Under the pieces are notes generated by a model. The model had not been told where the DNA came from. It saw nothing but the letters and a program-made list of their open reading frames with translations, and ran no database searches. From an uncultured delta proteobacterium (GTDB lineage Bacteria; Desulfobacterota; WTBG01; CAIYCZ01; CAIRTM01): 64,000 bases of DNA. Shown one piece after another: positions 10,200 through 20,562 of the stretch; position 1 is the first letter of the stretch, and each line of letters starts with the position of its first letter. Position numbers and translations under genes: made by a program. The DNA is taken from assembly GCA_963723235.1 (NCBI GenBank), contig CAVRPV010000011.1, positions 129,177 to 193,176 on the forward strand, in the 5' to 3' direction.

Positions 10200-10483
10200 A
10201 GATGCCCTGATTTTAGAGCATTTAACTCAATCATGTAGCCGATTTGTCATTTCGAATCCGCCAGAGCCGAGATGAGTCCGAAGGTTGCGCCGGGCGCATC
10301 AATCTTTTAAGATTTCTCCCTTTGGTCGAGATGACAGTAAAAGAAACAGGTCACAGAAAAAAGTTACATGCGCTAGTCCCTGCTAACGCAATCAGTTTAT
10401 AATGAAATAACATGCTGCGTCAAACAACGATTTTAAACTGTTGCTACATTGAGCCCGAAAATAAATGTTTTTTAATCGTTCTG

Positions 10484-10518
10484 CAAAAATACGGGCCGCC
10501 TCTTGCGAAGCGGCCCGC
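10484..10518 (-). terminator. rho-independent terminator downstream of sulfatase S1
   Basis: Minus strand reads CGGGCCGC-TTCGCAAGAG-GCGGCCCG followed by TATTTTTG. It lies 23 nt after the S1 stop. Confidence 0.6.
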
Positions 10519-10540
10519 GTGGGTTCATGAATGAAACAAC

Positions 10541-13061
10541 TTATTTCGCGTCGCCGGCTTTCTGCATGCCTTCTTCGAGCTTCTTGATGTCCTCGGGCGA
10601 CAGCTTCGGCCGGTCAACCTTGATCGTCAGCTTGTTGAGCTTGCGCGGTCAGGGTGAACGGCGGCTGGTAGTCCGCGTCGTTCACGCCGGTCAGGGTGTC
10701 GGAGCCGATGTCGAAGCTCTCGTCCCATTGCAGGATCATCGGCAGCGTGTGCGGCATCTTATGGTTTGGACTGCCTTGCCGTCCACCTTGAGCGTGCCGG
10801 TGCCGGGCCGGCCGAGGCCGCTCATGTTGTTGAAGGCGAGCGTGCCCAGCGCCAAGGCCGTCATACTTGAAGTCGAACTCGATCGTGTGCTTGCCGGGCG
10901 TGAGCGCTTCGGGGCCTTCCCACTTGATGCGCTTCAGGTCGATCAGGTTCCAGAGAAACACCGGCTTGCCCTTGAGCAGGTAGAAGCCGTAGCCGGCAAA
11001 CCGGCCGCCCGAGGTCAGGATCATGCCTTCGGCGCCGCCTTCCGGGACGTCGATGTCCGCCGTGATGGTGTACGAAGCTGTTGAGCAGCAACGGCGAATC
11101 GCCCTGCGGCAGGCCGACCATGGGCCTGGTGTACACGAACTCGGTGCGGCCGGCGGTGATGTTCGGGCGCGGGGCCACGATGCGGGCCGCCACCGAGGCG
11201 TCCAGCGGGAAGACCTGATACTTCTTCGCTTCCTCGATGAACATCTTCTTCATCTCCTTCACTTTGTCCGGATACTTGTCGGCGAGGTTCTGGGACTGGC
11301 TGAAGTCCTTGTTCAGGTCGTAGAGTTCGAGCACCTGGTTGTTGAGCGGGTCGGGATTGGCTGCGCCGAAGGCCTCCCACGGCGCGCGGTTGACCTTGGT
11401 GCTCAGCAGCCAGCCTTCGTGATACAGGGCCCACTGGCCCATCATCTCGAAATACTGGGTCTTGTGCCGGGACGGCTCCTTGGCGTTCTTTTTGTCAAAC
11501 GTGTAGGCGAAGCTCGTGCCCTCGATCGGCGCCTGCTTGATGCCGTCCACGTATTCGGGTGCGGGGATGCCGCAGACCTCGAGGATGGTCGGCACGATAT
11601 CAATGACGTGGCATGAACTGCTCGCGCAGGCCGCCCTTGTCCTTGATGTGGCCCGGCCAGGAGACGCCATGCCTTGGCGGATGCCGCCGAGCTTCGAGGC
11701 GTTTTGCTTGAACCAGGTGAAGGGCGTATCAAAGGCCCAGGACCAGCCCGCCGACATGTGGTTGTAGGTCTGCTCCGTGCCCCAGACGTCATACCATTTC
11801 ATCTGCTCGGCGACGGGCACATGTCGACGCCGTTGAAGAACGCGACTTCGTTGGGCGTGCCCAGCGGGCCGCCCTCGGCGCTGGTGCCGTTGTCGCCGTT
11901 GATGTAGATGATGAGCGTGTTGTCGAGCTTGCCCATGTCCTCAATGGCCTGGATCACGCGGCCGATTTCGTGGTCGTTGTAGGCCGCATAGGCGGCGAAG
12001 ATTTCCACCTGCCTGATGAAGAGCTTCTTCTCCTCGGGCGTGCAGTCATCCCAGTTCTTGATGACATTCGTCGGCCAGGGCTCCAGCTTGGTGTCCGGCG
12101 GGATCACGCCGAGGCGCTTCTGATTCTCAAAAATCTGCTCGCGCAGCTTGTTCCAGCCGTCGTCGAAGAGGTGCATGGCGTGAATCTTGTCCACCCATTC
12201 CTTGGTCGGATGATGCGGCGCGTGCGTGGCGCCGGGAACGTAGTAGATGAAAAATGGCTTGTCCGGGTGCGATCTGGTGGACTGCGGTTCAGGTAGTCGA
12301 TGGCGTCGTCGGCCATGCCGGTAACCAGGTTCCAGCCCGGCTTGCCCTCGAAGGGATAGATCTGCGTGGTGTTGCGGAACAGGTTCGGCTGCCACTGGTT
12401 GGCGTCGCCGCCGACGAACCCGTAGAAATACTCAAAGCCCATGCCGATGGGCCATTGATCGAACGGCCCGACCTGGCTGGCCGCAAAAGCCGGCGTGTTG
12501 TGGTCCTTGCCGAACCACGAGGTGGCGTAGCCGTTGTCCAGCAGGATGCGGCCGATGGTGGCCTTGTCCTTGGCGATGATGCTGTTGTAGCCCGGAAAGC
12601 CGGTGGACTGCTCGGAGATCACGCCGAAGCCGGCCGAGTGATGGTTGCGGCCGGTGATCAGCGCGGCGCGCGTCGGCGAGCAGAGCGCGGTGGAGTGGAT
12701 GTTGTTGTAGCGCAGGCCGGTCTTGGCGATGCGGTCCATCGCCGGCGTCGGGATGACGCCGCCAAAGGTGCTCGGGCACGCCGAAGCCGGCGTCATCGGT
12801 CATGATGAGCAGGACGTTGGGCGCGCCCTTGGGCGGCACGATGCGCGGCGCCCACCAGGCTTTCGACTGCAGGGCGCCGTCCTTGATCACGCCGCCGAAT
12901 TTCGGATCGGGCGCGGGGAGCTGTTTGCCGTCGATGGTGGTGGTCGCGGCGGGCGAACCGGGCGTGCCGGTGATCTGCTGGGCCATGCGCGATACCCGGC
13001 GCTGTCAGAACGGCCGTGCCCAGGACACCGTACAGGAGATTATTCTTTGCTGCGTTTTCAT
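10541..13061 (-). CDS. arylsulfatase S1, ~800 aa AtsA(Rv0711)-like, Cys-type, secreted (at least 6 frame interruptions as assembled)
   Basis: Fragments 12432..12986, 12104..12796, 11799..12395, 10861..11820 and 10614..11024 tile one sulfatase. Signature [16 protein letters not shown], with the Cys codon at 12680-12682. ATG at 13061 follows AAAGGGGAA. Signal peptide [25 protein letters not shown]. Stop TAA at 10541-10543. Confidence 0.9.
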
Positions 13062-13108
13062 GTTTTCCCCTTTCTGATCGGGTTGGTATTAAATCACCTG
13101 CTTATAGT

Positions 13109-13195
13109 TGTAGGCCGGACTAAATCCGCAGCTGACGATCCGGCGATCTGTTGTCAATCTTTTGCCGGACACGCTCCGCTTTGTCCGGCCTACAA
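13109..13195. repeat. REP pair (inverted GTAG-type hairpins)
   Basis: TGTAGGCCGGACTAAATCCGCAG...CCGGC, a spacer, then GCCGGACACGCTCCGCTTTGTCCGGCCTACAA. Confidence 0.85.
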
Positions 13196-13257
13196 GTGTC
13201 ACAGGTCGCTTCGGTTTATGCCCACTGTTTACGTGGTGCTCTGTATTTATCGCCCTT

Positions 13258-13638
13258 CTAGCGCCTCTTATGTCTTCCCCCTGTCCGCTGATTGTTGAAC
13301 CATGCACGAGCCAGAAGGATCGTCAATATGGCGTGGAGCACCACCGCCGGCCACAACAGGCTCCCGACCCACTCGCCGCTCATGCCCAGCCAGGCGAGGT
13401 ACAGTGTGGCGAGCAGGCTGTAAGTCAACATTGCCGGCAGCCCGGAGGTGGCATCGCCGGCCGGCCAGCAGGCCAGGCCCAGGGCAATCAAAGCGATGCC
13501 GGCCACCCGGGCTACCGGGATGGAAACACCGGTAAGTTCTGCGCCGAACAACAGCCGCCCGACGAGCGACGGCACAATCAGCAGCGCCACGCCAGTCGCG
13601 GCTTCGCCAACAGCGGCAAAAACAAGCACCTTTTTCAT
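13258..13638 (-). CDS. small 4-TM membrane protein between the two tandem sulfatases
   Basis: ATG at 13638 follows an AAGGA RBS. Sequence MKKVLVFAAVGEAATGVALLIVPSLVG...; hydrophobic throughout. Confidence 0.6.
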   Translation of the reverse strand: MKKVLVFAAVGEAATGVALLIVPSLVGRLLFGAELTGVSIPVARVAGIALIALGLACWPAGDATSGLPAMLTYSLLATLYLAWLGMSGEWVGSLLWPAVVLHAILTILLARAWFNNQRTGGRHKRR

Positions 13639-13690
13639 CACATCCTTTCTACGCCTTTCGCGCCAGAGGTCCCGTGTTGCGCATCCGCCG

Positions 13691-16194
13691 CTAGTCACGG
13701 GCCCCGGCAACGGTCTTGTGCATCTGCTCGCGTTCCTCTGCAGTCACCTGTTCCGTCTCGAGATTGAAGGTGAGCTTGTTGATCGTGCCGGTGAACTTGA
13801 ACGGAGAGTCGTAGCGATACTCCAGCATCGCGACGCCGGTACGCGTGTCGCTGCCGATATCGAAGGTTTCGTCCTCCGGGAACGTGATCGGGGTCGAGTG
13901 TGCTCCATGGAATTTCTGGCCACTTCCTTGCCGTCCACGGAGAGCACGCCTGTGCCTCCCTTGCCCAGGCCCGGGCCATCGGACTTGAAGTCGAAGACGA
14001 TGGTGTGCTTGCCCGGCACTCAGCTCGGGACCCGTCCCAGATCGTGCGCTTGAGGTCGAGCAGGTTGTAGAGGAACACCGGCTTGCCCCGGCGAATACCC
14101 CCCACACCCTTGCTCAGGAAGAGCCCGTAGCCGCCGAAGCGGCCGCCGTCGGTGACGATCATGCCTTCCGCGCCCCCTTTGGGGATCGTGACCTCGGCGG
14201 TGATGGTGTACGACTTGTTCAGGATGCTCGGAGCGCCGCTGTTGGGCACGCCGGACAGCGCGCCCGAGTAGGTGAAGACCATTCGTCCCGCCGTGAGGTT
14301 CGGCCGCGGCGCGTTCCAGCGTGCAGTGACGAGTTGTCGAGCGGCAGCACGTCATGCTTCTGGTCGCCTCTGCGTAGAAGAGCTCCTGCATCTGCTTGAG
14401 CTTCTCCGGCATCTTGGCCGCCAGGTCGTTGAATTCGGTGGGGTCCTCCGGCGACGTTGTAGAGCTCCCACTTGTACCCGGTGATCACGTCGGGCGCGGG
14501 CTTGGTGCTCAGTTCCCACGGCAGCGTCGCCGGGGTCGTGCATGCCACCCACCCGTCATGGTAAATGGCGCGGTTGCCGAGCATCTCGAAATATTGCGTC
14601 GTGCGCCTGGACGCGGCGTTGGCGTTCGCCTTGTCCCAGGTGTAGGCCATGCTCACGCCGTCCATGGGGCGCTGCTTGATGCCGTTGAGCGTTTCCGGCG
14701 CCGGGATGCCGGTCGCCTCGAGGATGGTCGGAACGATGTCGATGACATGGTGAAACTGGCGGCGAATGCCGCCTGCGTCGTTGATGTGGCCGGGCCACGA
14801 CATGGCCATGCCCTGGGCCGTGCCGCCGAAATGCGACGCCACCTGCTTCATCCACTTGAACGGCGTGTCCATCGCCCATGCCCAGGGCGCCGCAAAGTGC
14901 GGGAAGGTCTTGTCCGATCCCCAGAACTCGTACCAGAGCAACTGGTCCTTGACCGGCACGGGAACGCCATTGAAGGTGGTGAACTCGTTCGGCGTGCCGT
15001 TGAGCATGCCCTCCGGCGCTCGCGCCGTTGTCGCCGCTGATGTAGATGATCAGGGTGTTGTCGAGCTGGCCCAGGTCTTCGACAGCCTGGATGACGCGGC
15101 CGATCTCGTGGTCGGTGTAGGCGAGGTAAGCCCCGTAGACGTCGGCCTGCTTGATGAAGAGCTTCTTCTCCTCCAAACCCGAGGGAATCCCACTCCGGCA
15201 GTTCCTTCGGCCACGGCGTCAGCTGAGCGTTCTCGGGCATGATGCCCAGCCGCTTCTGGTTGGCGAAGATGGTCTCGCGAATCTTGTTCCAGCCCTCGTC
15301 GAACAGGTGCATGTCGCTGATCTTCTTGATCCACTCCGGCGTCGGATGATGCGGCGCGTGCGTGCCGCCCGGCACGTAATAGACAAAGAACGGCTTGTCG
15401 GGCGCGATCGGCCTTGATCTGCTTCATGTACTGGATCGCTTCGTCGGCCATGGCCGTGGTCAGGTTCCAGCCCGGTTTGCCCTCGAAGGGATAGATGGCC
15501 GTCGTATTGCGGTACAGGTTCGGCTGCCACTGGCTGGCGTCGCCGCCGACGAAGCCGTAGAAGTACTCGAAGCCCATGCCGTTCGGCCACTGGTCGAAGG
15601 GCCCGGCCTGGGTCGCCTGATAAAAGGGCGTGTTGTGGTTCTTGCCGAACCACGAGGTCGCATACCCGTTCTCCTTCAGGATCTCACCGATGGTGCCGTT
15701 TTCCTTCCGGATGATCGAGTCGTAGCCCGGGAACCCTGTCGCAATTTCGCCCACGACCCCAAAGCCGGCCACGTGATGGTTGCGGCCGGTGATGAGAGCC
15801 GCGCGTGTGGGCGAGGAGAGCGACGTGGAGTGAAAATTCGTATAGCGCAGCCCGCTTTTCGCGATGCGATCCAGTGCCGGTGTCGGGACGACGCCGCCGA
15901 AGGTGCCCGGCGCGCCAAACCCGCAATCGTCGGTCATGATGAGCAGCACATTGGGCGCGCCCTTGGGCGGCACCACGCGCGGCGCCCACCACGCTGTCGA
16001 CTCCGAGGCCTTCTCCTTGATCACGCCGCCGAATTTCGGATCAGGCGGCGGGAGTTGCTTCCCGTCGATGGTGACGGTGGCGGTGGGCGAACCGGGTGTG
16101 CCGGTGATCTGCTGGGCCATAGCCTGCGCCCGGGGTGGTCAAAACGGCCGTGCTCAGCACTCCGTATAAGAAAATTCCTCTGTTGGGTTTTCAT
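13691..16194 (-). CDS. arylsulfatase S2, tandem paralog of S1, Ser at the formylglycine position as assembled (at least 5 frame interruptions)
   Basis: Fragments 15050..16120, 14848..15375, 14556..15176, 14219..15007, 13695..14282 and 13691..14107. Signature [17 protein letters not shown], with Ser codon tcc at 15814-15816. ATG at 16194 follows AAAGGGGAA. Signal peptide MKTQQRNFL.YGVLSTAVLTTPGAG. Confidence 0.9.
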
Positions 16195-16260
16195 ATGCTT
16201 CCCCTTTCTGCAATTTGATTTTTAAAACCCAAAGAACATGCAAGCGTGCATCCGCACACA

Positions 16261-16974
16261 TCAATTGATCCAGCCTTCCGCCTGAAATCGTATTTTGAGT
16301 TGATCGGCTATTTCCTTGGCGGTCTGTTTGGCCCGGCCCTCAACTTTGTCGCTGCCGCTTTCTTCCCCATAAATACTCATCCCGCTGCTGACAATGAGCC
16401 CAGCGGGATTATGTGTGGCAAGCAACACGGCAACTCCCAGCGCTCCTCCGGGTTTTTTTGAGCCTTCCGCATCTGTTTCACCTGATCCGAGCTTGCGCAA
16501 GCCCTGGTTCGTCACTTGAAAGCCTTCGACCATGGCTTTCAAATCAGTGTTGCCTGCCCCAAAGCCCAGGCCGATGCGCGCGGTCTCATCTCCCTTGGAG
16601 TAGGAAATAAGATAGCCCTTGATAACCAGATCGTTAATCTGCGGCATTGTGCCCTGCACAGCATGTACCGCCTGCATTCCCATAGCATTGATCTCGTTAA
16701 CCAGTTCCTGCTCGATCTCAGCACCAAGCGTGCGGCCCTCTGCAATTTGCTGAGGTGTTTGGGTTGTGCCGCCTTGAGGGAACTCGCCGGCAAGTGCGGA
16801 TTCGGGCGGAATATCAGCCGGCGTGGCTGCAAAATCATGTACCCAGATAGTGACAGGCCGCGGGAGTTGTTTGGATACGAGCACCTGACGGTTGGAAATT
16901 TTGGTTTCGGCGCACCCGATAGTCAGGCACAGAGCGACAAATAGAATACCTGTAACAGTGCATAGTTTGTTCAT
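16261..16974 (-). CDS. lipoprotein (DUF4410-like, by recollection)
   Basis: Intact 237-aa ORF beginning MNKLCTVTGILFVALCLTIGC (lipobox). It lies directly upstream of S2 on the same strand. Confidence 0.65.
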   Translation of the reverse strand: MNKLCTVTGILFVALCLTIGCAETKISNRQVLVSKQLPRPVTIWVHDFAATPADIPPESALAGEFPQGGTTQTPQQIAEGRTLGAEIEQELVNEINAMGMQAVHAVQGTMPQINDLVIKGYLISYSKGDETARIGLGFGAGNTDLKAMVEGFQVTNQGLRKLGSGETDAEGSKKPGGALGVAVLLATHNPAGLIVSSGMSIYGEESGSDKVEGRAKQTAKEIADQLKIRFQAEGWIN

Positions 16975-17037
16975 GGCTTCTCCTTTAAAAATGGTTTATG
17001 TGCTATGATAACGTGATTTATTGGTTTTTTTTAAATT

Positions 17038-17253
17038 TGTAGGCCGGACTAAATCCCGCAGGGCGGGATGAGTCCGGCAGTTTTGCATTGTCTTTTTGTG
17101 CCGGACACGCTGCGCTTTGTCAGGCCTACAATGCCACGGTTTCCAACCTGTCAAATTCGACCAGTAAGCATTGTAATGTAGGTCGGACTAAACGAATGAT
17201 CCGGCGGTTATCAACCTTATTGCCGGACACGCTGCGCTTTGTCCGGCCTACAA
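17038..17253. repeat. REP array (four hairpin units plus conserved linker)
   Basis: TGTAGGCCGGACTAAATCCCGCAGGGCGGGATGAGTCCGGC; GCCGGACACGCTGCGCTTTGTCAGGCCTACAA; linker tgccacggtttccaacctgtcaaattcgaccagtaagc; TGTAGGTCGGAC...; GCCGGACACGCTGCGCTTTGTCCGGCCTACAA. Confidence 0.9.
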
Positions 17254-17320
17254 ATGTTTCATAACGTTTAGTTCATTTCTGGCGTTTACCTTAGCTGTCC
17301 GGCATATGAGAATCCGCCAT

Positions 17321-17839
17321 CTATTCAAAATCCATATCCTGTGTGGATTGGGGCACAGCCGAGCCCCAATTGTTTTCATACAAACCCTGCTTAACAGCTT
17401 GCTTAAAAGAACTGTGCTCCCACTCTATCGGCCTTTGCACATATCCATGCTTTACCGGATTATAATGAATATAATCCATATGCCTGCGCCAATCCACATC
17501 ATCCCGGATCAGATGTTCCCAAAAACGCGGTTGCCAAACAGCCTTTTCCCGGCGCGCATTGCATTCCGCAGCAATGCCGACAGAAAAGAACCTCTTTATC
17601 ATCATCCAGCGTGTGGAAAAATCATGGTCTTTGCCGGGCAGCGTCCATATGCAATGAAGATGATCCGGCATTACCGCGATAGCATCAATTTCAAAAGGCC
17701 TTTTTGCCATGACATGTTTCAATGCGAGCCGGAGCCGTTCAACCGCATCTTTATTGGTCAATAAATGTCTGCGGCCATGTGTTACAACGGTAAAAAAGTA
17801 ACAGCCTCCGTCCGCATATGCCCTTTTATAGATACGCAT
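17321..17839 (-). CDS. REP-associated tyrosine transposase (RAYT, IS200/IS605 Y1-like)
   Basis: Intact 172-aa ORF. HUH motif in MPDHLHCIW and catalytic Tyr region YIHYNPVKHGYV. REPs lie on both sides. Confidence 0.9.
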   Translation of the reverse strand: MRIYKRAYADGGCYFFTVVTHGRRHLLTNKDAVERLRLALKHVMAKRPFEIDAIAVMPDHLHCIWTLPGKDHDFSTRWMMIKRFFSVGIAAECNARREKAVWQPRFWEHLIRDDVDWRRHMDYIHYNPVKHGYVQRPIEWEHSSFKQAVKQGLYENNWGSAVPQSTQDMDFE

Positions 17840-17881
17840 GATATTATTTTCTTATGTGTCCGTTATTTGTCACCCATTATT

Positions 17882-18057
17882 GCCGGACATGCTGCGCTTT
17901 GTCCGGCCTACAATGCAACGATTTTTAACTCGTCAAATTTGAGCAGTAAGAATTTTAATGTAGGCCGGACTAAATCCCGCAGAGCGGGATGAGTCCGGCG
18001 GTTTTTTTATGTGTCAACCATTATTGCCGGACATGCTGCGCTTTGTCCGGCCTACAA
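17882..18057. repeat. REP array (three hairpin units plus conserved linker)
   Basis: GCCGGACATGCTGCGCTTTGTCCGGCCTACAA; linker tgcaacgatttttaactcgtcaaatttgagcagtaag; TGTAGGCCGGACTAAATCCCGCAGAGCGGGATGAGTCCGGC; GCCGGACATGCTGCGCTTTGTCCGGCCTACAA. Confidence 0.9.
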
Positions 18058-18093
18058 TAATCAATGCCTTCAGGTTCGTTTCCGGCTTTTACC

Positions 18094-19350
18094 TTAATTC
18101 TCATCAAGCTTTATCACCAGGGGCGCATCGATTGCCTTCATCACATATGACGCAGGAAATCCGTTTTCCAGCAGCTGCGTCATCGCGTGCAAATATTTGC
18201 GGATATGATGAAAGAAATTGTTATATCCCGTGCACAGATACTGCAGGCCCGGTTCATTCGCACTTGTTGTTGCAAAGCGATGCTTGGGGCAGCCGCCCTG
18301 ACAGGCCGCCAAAACGCCGCACTCGCGGCACTCCTGCGGCAGGGCTGTTTCCTTTGACGTGCCGAACCCCGATTGCAGCGACTTATCCACCATCGCGGGA
18401 AGATCGCCGGTAAGAATGTTCCCGAGCTTATACTGCGGATACACACAGTGGTCGCAGGCATAGACATCGCCGTTGTGTTCAATCACCAGTGAGCGGCCGC
18501 ACTGTTTTGCATGGATGCAGACCGGCGAGGGGTTGCCGATCCAGGCATTGAGCGCCCACTCGAAGTTCATGACAAAAACTGTGCCCACATCATGGCGCAC
18601 CCACTCGTCATACACGGCGATAAGAAATTCGCCATAGTCCTCAGGTGTGACCGACCAGGGGGTGACCTGCGTATTGTTTTCCTGTTGGTCAAGCGCAGCA
18701 GGGCAGGCAAGGCGCAGGCCGCCTGCGCCGGCTCGGCAAGCCGCTCGACAACGGGCGCAAACTGTATGAACTCGATCCCCTCATCCCGAAAAAACCGGTA
18801 TACGTCCAGGGGCCGCTGTTGCTGTTTCACGGGCAACGCAGGCCAGCACGTTATAGTCAACCTTGTGTTTCTGCAGCAGCCGCAATCCCCGCATGACGTT
18901 ATCAAAGCTGCCCTTGCCGGCACGGTCGCGGCGATAGCGGTCGTGGATATCCTTCGGGCCGTCAATGCTGATGCCGACCATGAAGTTGTTTTGTTTGAGA
19001 AAGCGGCACCATGTGTCGTTAAGCAGCGTGCCATTGGTCTGCAGGGAATTGCTGATCGTCTTTTGTTTGGCAAAAGGCCGCTGCAGCTCGATGACTTTTT
19101 TAAAGAAATCTATTCCGAGCAGGGTAGGTTCCCCGCCCTGCCAGACGAACTCCACAACCGGCGTGGGCTGGGAGGTGATGTATTGCTTTATAAAGGCGGA
19201 AAGCACGTCATCGGGCATGCGGTACTGCTCACCTGCGCCGAACAGCGCCTGCTTCTCAAGATAAAAGCAGTACTCGCAGTTGAGATTGCAGGCCGGGCCC
19301 GTGGGCTTGGCAAGCAGATGGATGCCCTGCGCGGCTTGCGGCCCGCCCAT
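18094..19350 (-). CDS. anaerobic sulfatase-maturating enzyme 1 (radical SAM/SPASM, AslB/AtsB/ChuR family; at least 2 frame interruptions)
   Basis: N-terminal fragment 18781..19350 has AKPTGPACNLNCEYCFY (CxxxCxxC) and QGGEPTL. C-terminal fragment 18094..18615 has the Cys-rich SPASM region (YACDHC...CRECGVLAACQGGCPKHRF). Confidence 0.9.
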
Positions 19351-19444
19351 CGGACATATTGGGCATATACCTCATCAAAATTATAGTGTTGTTGGCTTAC
19401 AATGTTATTTTGCTGCTGTTATTTTCTACAGATATCTCCGTTTG

Positions 19445-20487
19445 CTATTGTTGAAAAGCGAAAATGCGTTTCCAGTCGTTCTTCATGCTGATGACGGTCC
19501 AGCCCTCCTTCTGTGCGCCTCGCCATGAGCGCATCGCTGAAGGTGCCGATCTTCGACGCCGGGCCGTAGGCAAACTCGCGTGCCGCGTCGTCGTGATGCA
19601 CCAGCATCATCAGCGCGCACCGCCGCCGCCTGCGTCCACTCCAGCATCTGCTGGTCGCCGTCGGAGTTGCCGAAGGCGGCGATGGGCCGGCGGCCGATGT
19701 GCTGATTGATGCCGACCGGCTTGCCGGCCTTGTCGTCGATGAAGTTGAACTCCGGCAGCCGCACGAGCACCGGGCTTGCCGTCGCGCATCTCGAATTTCG
19801 TCTTGATGCTGCTGCCGATGACCTGCTCGGGCGGGATGCCGTAGACTTTTTCCGTCCAGGGGCGCATGAACTCGATGCCGCCGCCGGAGACGATGAAGGT
19901 CTTGAAGCCGTTGGCCCGCAGGTAGGCGAGCAGTTCGAGCATCGGCTGATAGACCATCTCGGTATAAGGCCGCTTGGTCTTGGGATGCTTCGCGGTGGCG
20001 AGCCAGTCCTTGACGATCTTGCTCGAACTCCGTCGGTGGTCATGCCGGCATGCGTGGCCATGACGATCTCGACGATGCGCCTGTCTCGCCGCCCGGCAAG
20101 CGCGCCTTTCACGTCGCCCTTGAGCAGCGAGGCGAAGGGCTCCTTGGTCCTTCCACTCCGGATGCTGCGGCGCCAGCGCCTTGACGCGGTCGAGGGCGAA
20201 GAGGAACTGGAAATACATCGGCTGCTCGGCCCACAGCGTGCCGTCATTGTCGAACGTGGCGATGCGCTCGGCCGGCGGCACGAAATCCGGCTGCGCCTTC
20301 CTTGGTTACCTTTGTCGACGAAATCGATGATCGACTTGCTTGGCCGCGCCGTCGTTCCAGGAGGGCAGCGGATCGGCTGGCGCGTGCGACTGCGTCGCCG
20401 CGGAACGAGCAGCGATGACGGCAGCGCAATAGAGGCAAGCGGCGATCGTCTCAGATCAATTGCGACGTGCTCGTTTCGATGCGGCAT
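19445..20487 (-). CDS. secreted HAD-superfamily hydrolase (several frame interruptions)
   Basis: ATG at 20487 follows an AAAGGAG RBS. Motif I is FDNDGTLW (DxDxT). FIVSGGGIEFMRPW and GNSDGDQQMLEW are found across frames of 19483..20487, 19610..20281 and 19419..19610. Stop TAG at 19445-19447. Confidence 0.7.
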
Positions 20488-20517
20488 GGAATCGCTCCTT
20501 TCTGAGCTTAGATAGAA

Positions 20518-20543
20518 GCGGGCGGCTCTTGCGAGCCGCCCGC
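20518..20543 (-). other. GC-rich intercistronic hairpin between sulfatase S3 and the HAD gene
   Basis: GCGGGCGGCTC-TTGC-GAGCCGCCCGC. On the minus strand it has a GCAA loop and no clear U-tract. Confidence 0.4.
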
Positions 20544-20562
20544 TCAGTATTTGCCTATCGTC

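Larger units (their letters stand above)
17038..18057 (-). mobile_element. RAYT gene bracketed by REP arrays (REPtron-like unit)
   Basis: REP arrays at 17038-17253 and 17882-18057 flank the Y1-transposase-like gene at 17321..17839. Confidence 0.85.
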
